DNA from: Octopus bimaculoides
Lineage: Eukaryota
DNA: 64,000 bases
Assembly: GCF_001194135.2 (NCBI RefSeq)
Contig: NC_068994.1
Span: 21,502,903 to 21,566,902 of the forward strand
Reading direction: 5' to 3'
Below, one piece after another: positions 1 through 14,049 of this stretch. Under the pieces are notes generated by a model that did not search any database, had not been told where the DNA came from, and saw only the letters and a program-made list of their open reading frames with translations. The position numbers were made by a program, and so were the translations under genes. Every line of letters starts with the position of its first letter. The stretch's first letter is position 1.

Positions 1-215
1 ACTGGGGTCTGGGAAGCCAAAGAGGCTGTATCAGATCCAGTCTGATCTGGCAGTGTTTCTGCAGCTGGGCAGCCTTCCTAATGCCAACCACTCTGAGAGT
101 GTAGTGGGTGCTTTTAACATGCCACTGGCATAGGGGCCAGAGGAGGCTGGCAACGACCACGATCGGTTGATGCTTTTTACATGCCACCGGCACGGGGATC
201 ACAACTACAATTTCC
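1..215 (-). mobile_element. RTE-family LINE 3' UTR fragment
   Basis: Matches the CAGCTGGATGCCCTTCCTAACGCCAACCAC block present in the other copies. Confidence 0.75.
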
Positions 216-604
216 ATTTGATTTTCATTTTGATGTACTTGACTCAATAGGTCTCCTCAAGCACAGCATATTGCCCTACGATTCAAGGTACTTTTGAGTG
301 GGCTGGTTATGTGACACTGGAGTAGGTTACAGCTGTGAACTCACTTTATTTGCCGGGTCTTCTCAGTTACAGCATATCTCCAGCGATCTCAGTCACTAAT
401 CATTGCTTCTGTGAAGCCCAATGTTCGAAGGTCATGCTTCACCACCTCATCCCATGTCTTCCTGGGTCTCCCTTTACCCCAGATTCCTTCAACTGCTCTC
501 CTCTATAAATATTTGTGTGGTCATTTCACCTTCACATGCAGCTTAGTAATATTGTTTACTACCAACGATTTAATGATCAAACCCACTAAATTTTTATTTT
601 GTTC

Positions 605-946
605 TATAACCTTCACCTTAGTGGAGGCGGAGGTATTGTTTCCAGTCATGTTTGTTTGTTTGTCCATGGATAAGATATCTCAAGAACCGCTGGATGGATT
701 TGCATGAAACTTTCAGGGATGTTTGGCCTCATAACTAGCATGAACTGATTAGATTCAGACAAGGATTCTGGATTATTTTTCCAGTTCTTTTTTACTTAAT
801 TTTTTGAGAGTGGTCAGGTTCATTCTTAGTATTTCAGTTTGTGAGAGCAGTTGAGTTTATTTCAGATATTCTCATTCTAAAAATCATCTCCAGCTAATCA
901 TTGAGAGGACATTGGTGTTGCCCTTGCACTCTCTGAGTGCTCTTGT
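605..946. mobile_element. Non-autonomous Helentron/DINE-1-like element
   Basis: Terminal CCTTCACCTT..AGGCGGAGG hairpin, GTTT microsatellite and GCACTCTCTGAGTGCTCTTG end; inverted homolog at 37715-38760. Family call is from recalled architecture. Confidence 0.55.
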
Positions 947-2759
947 CTTTCTTACACTGTGTATGTGTGACACCAAATAATACTTCCATTTTTTAAAATT
1001 TGCTATTTCTAAAATCAATAAACAATATAAAATATGTTCCATGGTTCATTTATTAAGCATGTCATTTTCCTTCTCTCTGACTGTAATTTCTTTTTGGTGA
1101 GTATTGTTTTTTTTACTGTACCCATATATATCTCTTAACAGTTAAGGGTAGACAATTTAAGTTTTAATAAACTATACTGTTAATTATTATTAAGCATTAA
1201 TAAACACTGTAGAGCCTTAACAGGTAACTTTTAATTTTGATATCAAAAGGCATCAGTAAATGTAAGTCTCCCACTAATATTATATAAGTAAAACAATTTT
1301 CATTTGATTATACTTCTATTTTAGATATATATTTTTTGCCAACTATATAATGTAAATTCAAAGCATTATGTAACTGCTAAATGGTTTTCTATTTACAATA
1401 CATCATATAATATAAATGTTGATTGCTTTATCGAAGAGAAAATTTTAGTAAGACAATGATTAGAATTTTAGATATTGTACATTTAATTCAGAGATGGGAA
1501 TGCACTCAGCTCACTACATCAACACAAGTATAACTACAAAATCTTTGTATTTTCACTGCCTTAACTCTAACTTATGAGCACAGAGTGAAATCAAAATTTA
1601 CTTTGGTGCAAGTTGAATACACCATTGAATACACCAGTGTGTTTCTTTGAATTAAAGTGCAATGTGTATATCTATCTCTGTTTTTTTTATGTAATAAAGT
1701 GTTATGTGCACCATAACATTTAACACTTTATTCAGTGTGTCAGGGATCATAAAAAGTCGAAAGTCGCTGCTGCTCTACATCATGTTATTTGCTTTTTCAC
1801 CCTTTCCTAAGAAATATCGTTCCTCTCTAGCTCTTCAAACTCCTCTCTAACAAGCCTCTTAACTTGCCAACAATTCAAAATCATTCACTCTTTCTTCTCC
1901 CGACTTATTTTGATTTGTATGCAGCCTACTACTTGTATAAGACTTCATGACAAGAAACCATGAATTCAGCAAAATTTAATTGAAACTGATTTCCCATGAT
2001 ATACACTGACCATAATTCGTTTTAAAATTTAATAATACACACTCAGAAACAAACATAAAGTGAGGTCAAAGTGATCTTAAGTTTGTATGTTTATTCTTTA
2101 GTAACAATTATTCAACTTAATAGTTTCAGCATAACAGTGTGCAGTGTGAAAATAATCAATGTATGCAATGCAACTTATGTTGCCTCGTAATTTTCATTGC
2201 TATTTCAAAGATTATGCATCTTTCAGGTTTGTATTTTACATCAGGACTTCAATTGAGAGCAATAATTTAAAGAAGCAGCAAATTACTATGTAAACCCAGA
2301 ATTGGAACTTACAAGGAAGTTAGGGGCTGGTGCTTTAGTGGTGGAAAATCTGTGAAGTTTATGATGACAAAAAGCAAATAATTTTGGACACAGCCAAGGT
2401 CAAGGATGAATTCACTGTCTTTTCTTTGAAATATAATGTTGATACAAGTTCTAAATTATATATTGGTGCAAAGAAGATATGCACAATATATAAATCTTGA
2501 GGAGGCAGTGATGATGTGGTTTATTCATTAAAGATATTGCTTTAACTATGCTTGGGATGTAGAAATTTAGTGCTGCTACCAAGCTAGTCAGGCACTGGTA
2601 TAAAGAATTTCAAAAGCTAGTGATGGGTAGTAATGGCTATTTAGAAATCTTCATGAATTGAGTAATGATGTAATTTTTGGTGAAACAAGAACATTGAATC
2701 ATTCAGGAAAAGGTTAAATGACAAGTGTGAAGGGTTTCAATTTTTTGAGCATATAATAG

Positions 2760-3200
2760 GGATGTAACAAGGTTGTATTGATAGGACATACTGAGGAATA
2801 CCCTAATTTTTAAGAACGAAGCCTTTATATGTCCTAAATTATTAAGGAGTTTTTTTTTTTTTTTGAAGCTGCATTACAAGAATGTAGATATTAGGTTTGT
2901 CCCTTTTAAAGTAAGTGGTAGTGGGAAGGTCAGCACATCTATGAATTTTGAAAGATATAATTTATCAGCTACTAGTGCATTATTACTGTTCCAAGAAATC
3001 ATCAGTTAATGGTTACCAACTATAAATTAAGAGGTATGTTCTTGCCACCTAATATTACCTCCATGTTCCAGCCAATGGATCAAGGTATAATTGAATCAAC
3101 AAAGATATTTGGACAAAGGCTTTGTGATGACAGAATAGGATGATCTATGGGAAGACACATGAGTATAAAGAACCTCAACATCAAGTCTGTCATATGTTAA
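2760..3200 (+). mobile_element. Degraded Tigger/pogo DDE transposase fragment
   Basis: Reads MFLPPNITSMFQPMDQGII at about 3037-3093, a DDE_1 family motif. Confidence 0.7.
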
Positions 3201-4789
3201 AAAGTTGGTGCTTTTTCAGCAGAAGTATCTTTGACAAATTTTGCAATGTTGAGGTCTTGTAAGTTATCAAATGTTGCAGCATAGAAGTTCTCTTGCGAAG
3301 TAAGAAACTATGGTCACATAAACTGGATGATTCTCCGATTGCATTTGAGGCCTATCGTTCTGTACTCCCCTTTCCTTTCTTAGTATTATTCCTCTTTCCC
3401 TGTCAAGCAGAAGTATTTTTTCATCACGTTTTCCGCACAAATTTGAATGAAGCCAACTCCCTTCATACATTAGCTGTGTTTTTTAATGCCCTGCTACATA
3501 CACTCTTTGCTTACTTTATCTTCGTGTTGTTATCAGTTCCAGTTAAAGTGACTCGAATTGACGGATAAAACGTGGGTCATTGGGTGCTTTGCTGATGTGG
3601 GAAAGGGGGTTGTTGTCTTGGTTAGTGAATAATTGAACAATCCGTGTAAGTGGCGAGACGGCAGGGCACCATAAAAGGTTGGATCTGGTAGGTGAGCAAC
3701 AGATCGTGGGTATTTGGTGTGTTAGGGATATGTATAAGAGTCGATATTAGCTGGGACAAATAAGTGAAGAAGATAAATTATTCGACCTCTGCGTCATTAG
3801 TGGGAGCTACTTATCATATTTTTATTATTTAATTATTAGTATTAGTTTTCCGTTACAAACCTATGAAGTCAAAAACTAACGAACGGCAAATAATGGAAAG
3901 TCAAAAAATATATATAATCGCAAGCCAAGCGTAGGACTTCAAAAATATAGCAACAATAAGTCTTCTAACCAACACGTTAACAAACACAAGATTAACAAAT
4001 TACGCATAAGCCTTTTTATATTTCCTTTCAGATTTTTCCCGGTCCGTTTTAGTTGTTTTGTCTAAAATGTTCTAGAAAGAACAGATTTATGAAGAACGAT
4101 TATTCTGTTTTCCTCCCTCCGCTCAAAGCGGAAACTATTCGACTCGTGAAATCCTCTACATCCGGCGACATAGAAACACACGCCGTACAACCTGGTTAGT
4201 TATTAACAGATACATTTGCTTATTCATTTTTATAGAGTTTTTGACTAACCAAATACTAACAAGAAAACATTCTATCCGGACATAAAAAAGGAAACCGAGT
4301 AGCTCACTACTCTTTTACTGTATGTGCTACTTTTCTGACAATTATCATATAACTACTGCAAATGATTGTTATTACCCATATTTGTAATCGATAGTCGTAT
4401 AGAATTCTTCTGATTTTTTTGTTTTACCGAAACACATTTCTGCCATGTCATGCTTTTAATATACGCCTAGCCTGTTTTTGCTTCTCTCTTTTCTACTTAG
4501 ATATTCGTCTATGTCTTTAAACAAAAGTAAATATTTTTGTTTAAGAAACGGCTTGTTCTCTTCTACAATAATCAACATTCCTATGTACCATACCTCTGTA
4601 TTGCTTCTATCAATCTAAGCTTGTATAGTCTACAAATGTAACTAGATTCAATCATCCGACTTTGTCCCTTAACAAACATGGCTCTTTATGATTATAGACG
4701 TTGAGTCCTCTATAAATCTAAGCTTGGACTAGCGGTTAAAATATATTATTGATGTTGAAAATATTGTTTCCCCTCAAGTAATAGAGTAT

Positions 4790-5081
4790 TTTGTAAACAG
4801 CCCGCTCGCCAGCTTTGTATGAATTTATTTGCCTTTGTAGACTATGCATATAATCTCGCAGCCTTTGTCATCTCCGTGTGTGTGACTATATCATCAATTT
4901 ATACGCTTGTCTTCTGTTTGTATATTTAAGAAACGATAACCAACCATGGCAGCCTGTAGTTCACCCGATTAAGAAAAACGTAGCAGAGTTCGAGTCACGT
5001 GTCCTGCTAAACTTCTTTCTAGGAAGTATCTTGTTCAGTCGAGATAGCTGAGATTCTTACAGTGCTCAACTGAAAATCACC
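4790..5081 (+). promoter_or_regulatory. Putative MARCH5 promoter / 5' UTR with E-box GTCACGTG (4994-5001)
   Basis: Local CpG retention against a CpG-poor background directly upstream of the ATG; one CACGTG core. The TSS cannot be determined. Confidence 0.45.
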
Positions 5082-5119
5082 ATGACGGAAAGAAGCACAA
5101 GCGATCCGGAAGACGAAGG
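5082..5119 (+). CDS. MARCHF5: MARCH5 coding exon 1 (MTERSTSDPEDE-G, phase 2)
   Basis: ATG in CACCATG context in a CpG-retaining region; GG|GTGAGT donor; phase 2 joins exon 2 in frame (GG+A = Gly). No homology signal in the exon itself. Confidence 0.8.
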
Positions 5120-6469
5120 GTGAGTACCGAACCCAAGTTGGATAGTTTGGCGTGTAGCTTGAACTGAGGAGCTTGTTTAGCCCTCACCGGCCCTGACATA
5201 TGATCACCAGCTGTGACTACTCGTCTATTTTTAGGGTATGTTGGAAAACATTACCTCATGTTTCCCTTATTTATAATAGTAAGGTGTGATTTGATAGATT
5301 CCTGTTATTTCTTGCTGTTTGAGTGACCACTTAGAGGCTGAACAGTTTGCTTGTGTAGAAGCTTGTTATGTAAATAAACGTGTTAGTTTTATTTTCTCAA
5401 GCTTAAACTAGTATCTGTTTGTTAATAGCCGAAGAATTGTGTTGTTGCCAGCGTTGTAGGGGATATTTAAAGGTTTTGTTTAAAGTGGGAGGGTATGTTT
5501 GATTAAATTGTTTAGGTTTTATTTGTTTAAGATGGAATTTAAATGTCGATGTTGAATAACATGCTATTTCCATTTTCACAAAAATTGTTTTCACTTGACC
5601 TGGGACATTGCAGTTGACCTTTTAGTTTTGGCTTTTCTTCAGGGTTGTCTCTGGCCACTAGTTCCCAAGTTATCTTTACTGACCACTAGTTGTTATTTCC
5701 TTCTGTTAATTACTACAAGTATATGATCATGCACAAGTGGATTCTTTCAGAAAATCTATCTCTGTTTTGGCACAATTATAAACAACTGTCCACCTACAGG
5801 CAGGTTTTATCACTAGTACCGGGTTCATTTAGACACATCTAGTGTAAAGTTTGTGAAAAGACACTTCATATTTTGTACATATTGGTGTAGTTTTCTAGGA
5901 AAAGGGAATGGGTTTGTGAGACACAAAATATGCCAAAGGCACTTACTATTAAAGTAGTTCCTTGATGTGTTATCTTTTTTTGAACACTGAGACTGATTCA
6001 TTGAAAATTGATAAAGAATCTTAATTAGACAAAACCAGCAGATTGAGGGATGTGTCATTGGGTTTCGATCATTCTGATTGTTATCAGTGGAATCAATCAA
6101 GATAGCGATGAACGTCTTACGGTGGAAATACACAAAACAAAGTTCAGGCATACCCTGTGTTACAGCTACCTCAAGTTACAGGACTTTGCACATAGGGAAA
6201 ATGTAAAGTACGCTTTATAATTTCACTCTTACGGAAACTTGTATTTCTTAATTTTAAATTGTTATTTTAAAACTACACTTTCCTTTAATATTACACGGAA
6301 TATTAAGTTTGATGTTTTAAAAAGACTTCATGCTGAAGCATTAAATCATTAAATCTTGCAAAGTCTACAGTGGGAACAACATGTGACAGCAGAGAGAAAA
6401 TTATGTCAAGTGTTCAAGAAGCTACTCTGTTCACTGTCTGGACCTTATTTTGCCATAGATCAAATGTAA

Positions 6470-8058
6470 TATCTAAAATGGAACAACTCTTGCTGAATCA
6501 CTACCAGAATTAGAGGAGAAGTTTCAGGTGTGGAAGCAAGGATTAGAATTGAAGGGCCTGTTCGATCTGTAGAAAAGGCGTAGGTAGAAACTCTATAAGA
6601 TGTACCCAGTATAAGCTATGGACACATAAGAGGTGCCGCAATATCAAAGGAAGGTTAACTAGGAAGTTAGTTTTTGTATGTAGCAGATGTTCAGGAGCTA
6701 TAAACACTGTAAATGTGCAGGAAACAACTTCTGCCACATTCCAGGGAGAAAAACTAGATGTGGTTGACAACTTCCGCTATCTAGGTGACCAAGTTAGTAG
6801 TGGGGGAGGGTGCGCTGAAAGTGTAGCTGCTAGAATAAGAATAACCTGGGTAAAGTTCAGAGAGCTCTTACCTCTGCTGGTGACAAAGGGCCTCTCGCTC
6901 AGAGTAAAAGGCAGACTGTATGATGCATGCGTATGAATAGCCATGCTACATGGCAGTGAAACATGGGCCNNNNNNNNNNNNNNNNNNNNNNNNNNNNNNN
7001 NNNNNNNNNNNNNNNNNNNNNNNNNNNNNNNNNNNNNNNNNNNNNNNNNNNNNNNNNNNNNNNNNNNNNNNNNNNNNNNNNNNNNNNNNNNNNNNNNNNN
7101 NNNNNNNNNNNNNNNNNNNNNNNNNNNNNNNNNNNNNNNNNNNNNNNNNNNNNNNNNNNNNNNNNNNNNNNNNNNNNNNNNNNNNNNNNNNNNNNNNNNN
7201 NNNNNNNNNNNNNNNNNNNNNNNNNNNNNNNNNNNNNNNNNNNNNNNNNNNNNNNNNNNNNNNNNNNNNNNNNNNNNNNNNNNNNNNNNNNNNNNNNNNN
7301 NNNNNNNNNNNNNNNNNNNNNNNNNNNNNNNNNNNNNNNNNNNNNNNNNNNNNNNNNNNNNNNNNNNNNNNNNNNNNNNNNNNNNNNNNNNNNNNNNNNN
7401 NNNNNNNNNNNNNNNNNNNNNNNNNNNNNNNNNNNNNNNNNNNNNNNNNNNNNNNNNNNNNNNNNNNNNNNNNNNNNNNNNNNNNNNNNNNNNNNNNNNN
7501 NNNNNNNNNNNNNNNNNNNNNNNNNNNNNNNNNNNNNNNNNNNNNNNNNNNNNNNNNNNNNNNNNNNNNNNNNNNNNNNNNNNNNNNNNNNNNNNNNNNN
7601 NNNNNNNNNNNNNNNNNNNNNNNNNNNNNNNNNNNNNNNNNNNNNNNNNNNNNNNNNNNNNNNNNNNNNNNNNNNNNNNNNNNNNNNNNNNNNNNNNNNN
7701 NNNNNNGCGTGATCGTTACCAGCGTCGCCTTACTGGCACTTGTGCTGGTAGCATGTGAACAAAATATTCGAGCGAGGTCGTTGCCAGTGCCGCTGGACTG
7801 ACTCCTGTGCAAGTGGTACGTAAAAAACACCATTTGAGCGTGGTCGAGCCAGTACCGCCAGACTGGCCCTCGTGCCGGTGGCATGTAAAAGCACTCACTA
7901 CACTCTCGGAGTGGTTGGCGTTAGGAAGGGCATCCAGCTGTAGAAACTGCCAGATCAGATTGGAGCCTGGTGCAGCCATCTGGTTCGCCATTCCTGAGTC
8001 AAATCGTCCAATCCATGCTAGCATGGAAAACGAATGTTAAACGATGATGATGATGATG
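6470..8058 (+). mobile_element. RTE-clade LINE, RT remnant plus 3' UTR, spanning the N-gap 6970-7706
   Basis: AESLPELEEKFQVWKQGLE, DNFRYLGDQ and MLHGSETWA motifs; (GAT)n tail at about 8043-8059. Confidence 0.9.
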
Positions 8059-8061
8059 ATT

Positions 8062-9209
8062 TAAAGCGTCCAAAAATTGTCTTACACTTCTTTTGGGACA
8101 ATGCACTAAGCCACCCAGCTAACTTAGCTGACCTTTCTGATAATGTGAGAGTAGAATATATCCACATGAATATAGCTTCTTTGCTCCAGCCAATGGATCA
8201 AGGTCTGATAGCTAACTTAAAGGCATATATGAGAGCTTTCAAACAACATATGAAAGCAATTGACAGGGAGGATAAACCTACAGTTAGAGATTTCTGGGAG
8301 ACATTCAACTTAATAGATGCTGTGGATAATATAGCTGAGTCATGGGATGAAGCGAAACCTTTAACTTTGAATAGTGCTTGGAAAAGCATATGGCCAGACT
8401 GTATCTATAACATTACAAGTTTTCCTCAAGCAGAAAAGTCTACATCAAATTCGGAAAGATATTGTGATACTTACAAAAGATGTAGGATTTGCAGAAGTCC
8501 TAGAAGATGATGTTATTGAATTGCTAGAGGAGCCGATGCTGTTAGAAAAAGAACAAGCTGAGAATACAGATGGAATAATGGAAGGTTCACATACACTACT
8601 TAAACTGATTGCAAAAATCATTACTAAAGGGTTGGTACTTAAAGTGGAAGGTCTGCAGATTATAGCTGATAATGATTCTAATTGTGAATGTAACATAAAA
8701 ATTACAAGAAGAGCTTACAACAAGCTCAGTTCCTATACTGAGCTGTACAAAAACATGATGCATTATAACCAACAGACAAATCTGGATAAGTCCTTCACCC
8801 ATCAAGTTGGTGATAATGAACTATAAGATAGTAAATGTTGTCCGTCATCCTACTAGTAATGCTCCTTCCACCACCACTCTTCACACAGTAGTCAACATGT
8901 TTTGTAGGAAGAACATTTTTATGATATTATGATTCTTATTAATTTCCTAACTTATTCCTCTTGAAATATTTTTGTTTTAATGCGTCTTTATTGTACTGTC
9001 TATGTTTAGAAATAGGTATTTTCATGTATAAAGGTGATCGTGTTGCTTGTTCTCTGTTGTTTTCCTGTGCCTCTTTTTATTTTTTTACAAAAAAGTCTGC
9101 AGAAACACAATCTCACTTGATAATAAGAAAATTTATTTTGCATTATGGAATTTCATGTTACTGCCAGATTTTCAGGAACACATTACTTCTGTAAAGCAAA
9201 GGATTCCTG
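8062..9209 (+). mobile_element. Tigger/pogo transposon 3' half
   Basis: WDNALSHP...SLLQPMDQGLIANLKAY DDE_1 motifs with frameshifts; ends ...GGATTCCTG followed by TA. Confidence 0.8.
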
Positions 9210-10532
9210 TATTTTCACAGTATGCAAGAGACTAAAGAAGAGAAGGTTGTTACAAGTATAGTTCAAGGAGACACAAAGAAATGTTTCTTTGAAGAAATAT
9301 AAGGCAGATTGATTGACACACTGCTACATATAATAGGAAACATACTTGCTTACGGACAATACACTTTGAAAATTAGAGTTTGTATGATGGAATAGAATTA
9401 TTACCACATGTATTGTGCCACTATACTGTGAACCATAGAAGGAATTATGTCAGTCCTGCTAGCCATAATGCTCAGACTAAGTCTTGAATCCTTTTGGCAT
9501 CATATCAAGAAAAAAGTTATTGAATGAGCAGTAGATTTGAAGAAGTTTTCAATTGTTACTTGAAATAATTTTGTGAAGATAACACAATGACATATAAACA
9601 TGGTGGGGATGAAGGATTTGATGAGACTTCGATTACAATTTGATTGTCTGTTTCATGAATTTACTGTTTAGTATTATAGAATTAGCCTATAAATTGCAGT
9701 GGTTGAGCATTGACCAAAAATTTCCTTCTTTACTTTTAAACTATTTTCATTTGTTTAATATTCTTGTTGCTAGAACATTATTGTCGATATCACTTCATTA
9801 CAGAAAGTAAGTTCTAGTTTGTTTGAATAATTATTCTTTGAAAAATAAAAACAGAAATAAATGAATTATTTTCATATTTGAGCTCAAAAAAATGCAAATT
9901 GAATAATTTCTGTTATTTTACTTCACAATGGGGCCTCTATACAGTTGCTCAATGAGCTAGAAATTGCAACCAAATCTCCTGTAATCATCCTTTCTTATCT
10001 TAAGCAGTAACAAACAAATGAATCAGAGCAACAAAAAAATCAAAATACTCTCAATAATAATATAAAAAAATGTTTTTGAGTTGCACCCCAAAAATACTCT
10101 CTATGACAGTCAAGCTGGCCACAGCACAGTGTCAGAAAAAAAAAATTCAGCTAAAGTATATGTGAATTTGTATGGTAATATTGTTTCGGCACTACAAATT
10201 AAACACTTGTCTCACAATTATCAATTTTCATTCTTTACATGAAGCCAAATCAGTTAAGTGCAGAATACTTTCGGTCTGTCCTTATCAAATTAAAAGAAAC
10301 AGAAGGATATTCCCTTAGTAATAGTGCTTTGTGTAGTTATCTGGTTTTCACCATTAAAAACAAAAATTTGGTTTGAGCAAGTTGAACAAAATTTTTTAAT
10401 GCTTACAGTGGAATTTTAATTTTAAAATCAGGTTTAAAAAATACTTTGAATGCAATTGAAATATTTTAGCTTATTGTCATTCATTTTGAAAATTTGAGCA
10501 GTCTTGTGATAATAGTTATGTTTCTATACATT

Positions 10533-10860
10533 GGAGGAGGAGGAAACCCCTTCGGTCATGAATGACCATGGGATTGCACCTAGAAAGTTACCCTCTCAAG
10601 CACAAGTCCGGGCAAGGTTGTTTATGGAAGACCAGCAGTCGCCCATGCATACCAGCCTCCCCTCTCCACACCACTGATGTTATCCAAGGGAAAGGCAAAG
10701 GCCGACACAGCTTGGCACCAGTAATGTTGCAACTCATATCTACAGCTGAGTTAACTGGAGCAACGTGAAATAAAGTGTCTTGCTCAAGAACACAATATGC
10801 AGCCCGGTCCAGGAATCGAACTCACAGCCTCACAATTGTAAGCTCGATGCTCTAACCACA
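10533..10860 (-). mobile_element. tRNA-derived SINE
   Basis: The minus strand begins GTGGTTAGAGC...GAGTTCGATTCC (A/B boxes) followed by a non-tRNA body; related heads occur elsewhere in the window. Confidence 0.75.
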
Positions 10861-12429
10861 TTATTGTATCATTTATTCTGCATGTCAGAAACATATGACC
10901 TTGAGGCAGTAAATCAAATAGTTTGCAAATTTTCTAGCTATTTCAGTTCTATTGGAGTCCAGCATTGTCTAGTGCTTTGTCTAAGAGGCAATACCAGTGA
11001 TGGTGGCTAGAAGAGCTACAAGCATTTCTGCAATAATTAGCACTTCTATAGGTTCTTCAACACTTATAACTGCCACATTTTCCATGTTATATTGTTTACT
11101 ACCATATTACTAGTCCCTACCCACCTCTTATTCAATTTGGTAAATATGTCAGTTGTTTGTTACCTTGCCCAGTGCATATCATTAGTGACAGCAGCTACTG
11201 TTACATCATCACTACCAATGGAAGTAGTGTAAATAATGTAATTGTCTTCTAAGCCCTAAGTTGCTAAATGGACAATTTCTTGCTATTAGTTGGAGCAGAT
11301 GAATTCTATTGATTTGCAAGGGGAAAAGAAAATGATGTCTCTACCTTTTCTAATGGCAGTAACAGCATAACAGAAGTGAAATGTTTTTGACTGGGAATCC
11401 GAATGGTTGTACTCTTGGGTTGTCATGATCTTACCTCTTAATCTACAGTACCCATGCCTTAAATGAAACCAGTTTTAATCACTTGAATTGAGCTCTTACT
11501 GCAGTGTATAAATCTGTACTAATTATTCTATTCCTTCAGAGTAGAGGACTATAGGATAAGCTTAAATTCTTGACAAACCATGTTCACTGTTCATTTTTCA
11601 TTCTCATTTGAAGTACTGTATTTATTTTACTAATTCTTTAAGGATCTTTTACTGCTACTTTATTTCATTTAATTTGGTGCTTAGTTCAGTACTGTTGTTT
11701 CATTGACATAGTTTGGCTAGTAACTCTATTGCCAAGCCATTTTTGGTGGGTTGGATGTAATCCACTGTAAATATTAGACATCCAACAGAGTACAGGCAGC
11801 TCATTCCTTTGCAGTTTTTTTGCCATTACATGTAAAATTTAAAAAAGTTGTTGCCTATATTAGCAATAAAATTTCTGTGTACAAAAAGCCTGTATGAAGT
11901 ATGTGTTTTTAGATTTGCTTCATACAACCTTTTGCTCAGTGAGAGAACATTTTATTGCTAATAGAGATAACATTTCTGAACTTCTGCCTCTTTCTTTTAG
12001 CTAAAGTACAAGCTGAAGAAGCCTGCGTATGATTATTCAATCTGCTAAAGATTGCAGTCAATCTTTTGAATATTACCTACCATTTTAAAAAGAAGACTCT
12101 TTGGTGGAATGCTTTTGATTATAATCTGGCTGATCAGTTTTGATCTAGGGCTAAAGGACATCTGCGAACACCTTGCTAAAATACTCTCATTACGACAGCC
12201 TCCAGTAAATATATCAACTTCCATTAATTAGCTGGGCAGTTCATGAATTCTTTGTTAGCCTATCACAGATCCCTCTGCATCTTCTATATGCCAAGTACTT
12301 GCACTGGGTTGTATGGGTTTGCTATACAGCATATTGCTACTCATTTTCATCTTTTAACTCATATGAGGTTCAATATCCTGAGATGTAATCTCTAATGTAC
12401 ACTTTGCATTGTTACACAAAACCACTTGT

Positions 12430-12600
12430 ATATATATATATAGATGCAGTTGTGACTGTGTGTTAAGAACTTTACTTCCCAACCACATAGTTTTGGTTTC
12501 AGTCTCTGTGTCTGGCATTTGGGGTAAGTGTCTTTTACTATAGCCCCAGACCAATCAAAAGCCTCGTGACTAGATATGATAGACAGAAACTTAAGTGTGT
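12430..12600 (+). mobile_element. Degraded tRNA-derived SINE
   Basis: Eroded A/B-box-like head followed by GTGTCTTTTACTATAGCC; similar heads at about 13190-13270 (-) and 50345. Confidence 0.55.
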
Positions 12601-12952
12601 GTATGTGTGTTCGTATTTCCCTAGTCTCCACTGACTGAGTTGGTTGCTTGCCACCCACAGGCTTCTTGATATGTTGCACAATCTTTGTAAACAAAGGGCT
12701 CATTCATGTAGTGTCATTTGTTTCCATTTCTCTTTATAAACACGTTCAAGTGAACTGGGAGATTATTACTACTCTTGAAAACAGATGTAGTTGGCATCAA
12801 GAAGGGCAATCAGCTGTAGAAAACTCTGTCCCATTATACTTCCATCTGGTCCATGCAAGTATGGAAAATTAGATGTTAAAACGATGGGAGTGATACAAAT
12901 ACACATATATACATCCAATTGGATTCTGTGCAATTTTCATTTCTATCTTTCA

Positions 12953-13166
12953 CCCTTTAGCATTCAGATTACTCTGTCAAATATAATGCTTATTTATTCA
13001 CATTATTTTGATTAAATCAGCATTATCTCTTTGAGATTTCAATGATGTGATTGTTTATGTGTAAAATGACATTACAGGACAGCTGTGGAAGGCTAAATCT
13101 GGCTGGTTTTAACATAAAACAGGTAGAATATTTTGGCTGGATTGGGCCAGTTTAAATGCTAACGGG
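12953..13166. mobile_element. piggyBac-type MITE
   Basis: CCCTTTAGCATT...AATGCTAACGGG terminal inverted repeats, TTCA/TTAA flanks; homolog at 32633. Confidence 0.75.
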
Positions 13167-13329
13167 TTAAATTTCACTTACAAGGCTCTAGTCAACCCTA
13201 AAATTATGGCAGAAGATCCATGCCCAAGGTGCTGTGCTGTGGAGTCAAACTCAAAACCACATGTTGCAAAATAAATTTCACAACTATATCTGGATCATGC
13301 TAATATGGCAGAGGTTAGGATTCAACAGT

Positions 13330-14030
13330 ATTCTTCTAGTATTACACTTCAACCAAACTTTAGTATCATATAGTAGAGTGGAAGGTTCTGCTGTTACAAT
13401 ATAACTGGAAGTATAGTGCTTATAGTTTAGTGAAACTTGTAGTGTTACTCCAGTATAGTGTAGTGGTGCCATGTGTAGCATAGTGATACCACAACACAAG
13501 GTAGATATAATATAGTGATACTATAGTGTGAGGTGGTGGACAATTGTAGGTTTAGTGAAGTGGTGCCATGACACAGTTATGGTTTGATGTTACAACACTG
13601 TTTTGCAGCAGATATTGTGATACCACATAGCAGTTGTGAGTTTAATGTCGTGGTAGCATGACTATTGTAAGGATAGTGTAATGGTGCATCATTGATACAA
13701 TTGTAGTAGTGTAGCAATATCACAGAACAATTGCAGGTGTAATGGTACTATGGTATAATTGGAGGTAGTGGTACTGTGGTATGGTTTATAAAGAAATAGT
13801 ACTGAAGTAGTACTAATCTAGAGATGAATATATGTGGTTGTACTAAGGTGCAGTGAGGAGTGTTTTATGGTGGTACAATAGTGCATTCAGGACATTGAAT
13901 GGTAGTAAATTTAGGTGTTGTGGTGCTATGGTACAGTTAGGAGTGTTGCATTGTGGTGGTGTGATACAGCTGGGAGTGGTTGTTTTGTGGTATAACTGTG
14001 AAATAGATTATTCAAATGAGAGTGGAGCAA
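13330..14030. repeat. Degenerate GT-rich low-complexity tract (GTGGT/GTAGT/GTGAT-like units)
   Basis: Visible ~5-nt periodic G/T-rich sequence. Confidence 0.6.
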
Positions 14031-14049
14031 TACTTGTGGTCTTTGCAGG

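Noticed and set aside
3293-3568. 91-aa hydrophobic ORF and possible minus-strand exon with a GTAAGC donor
   Set aside because: No recognisable homology and no consistent in-frame exon could be built.
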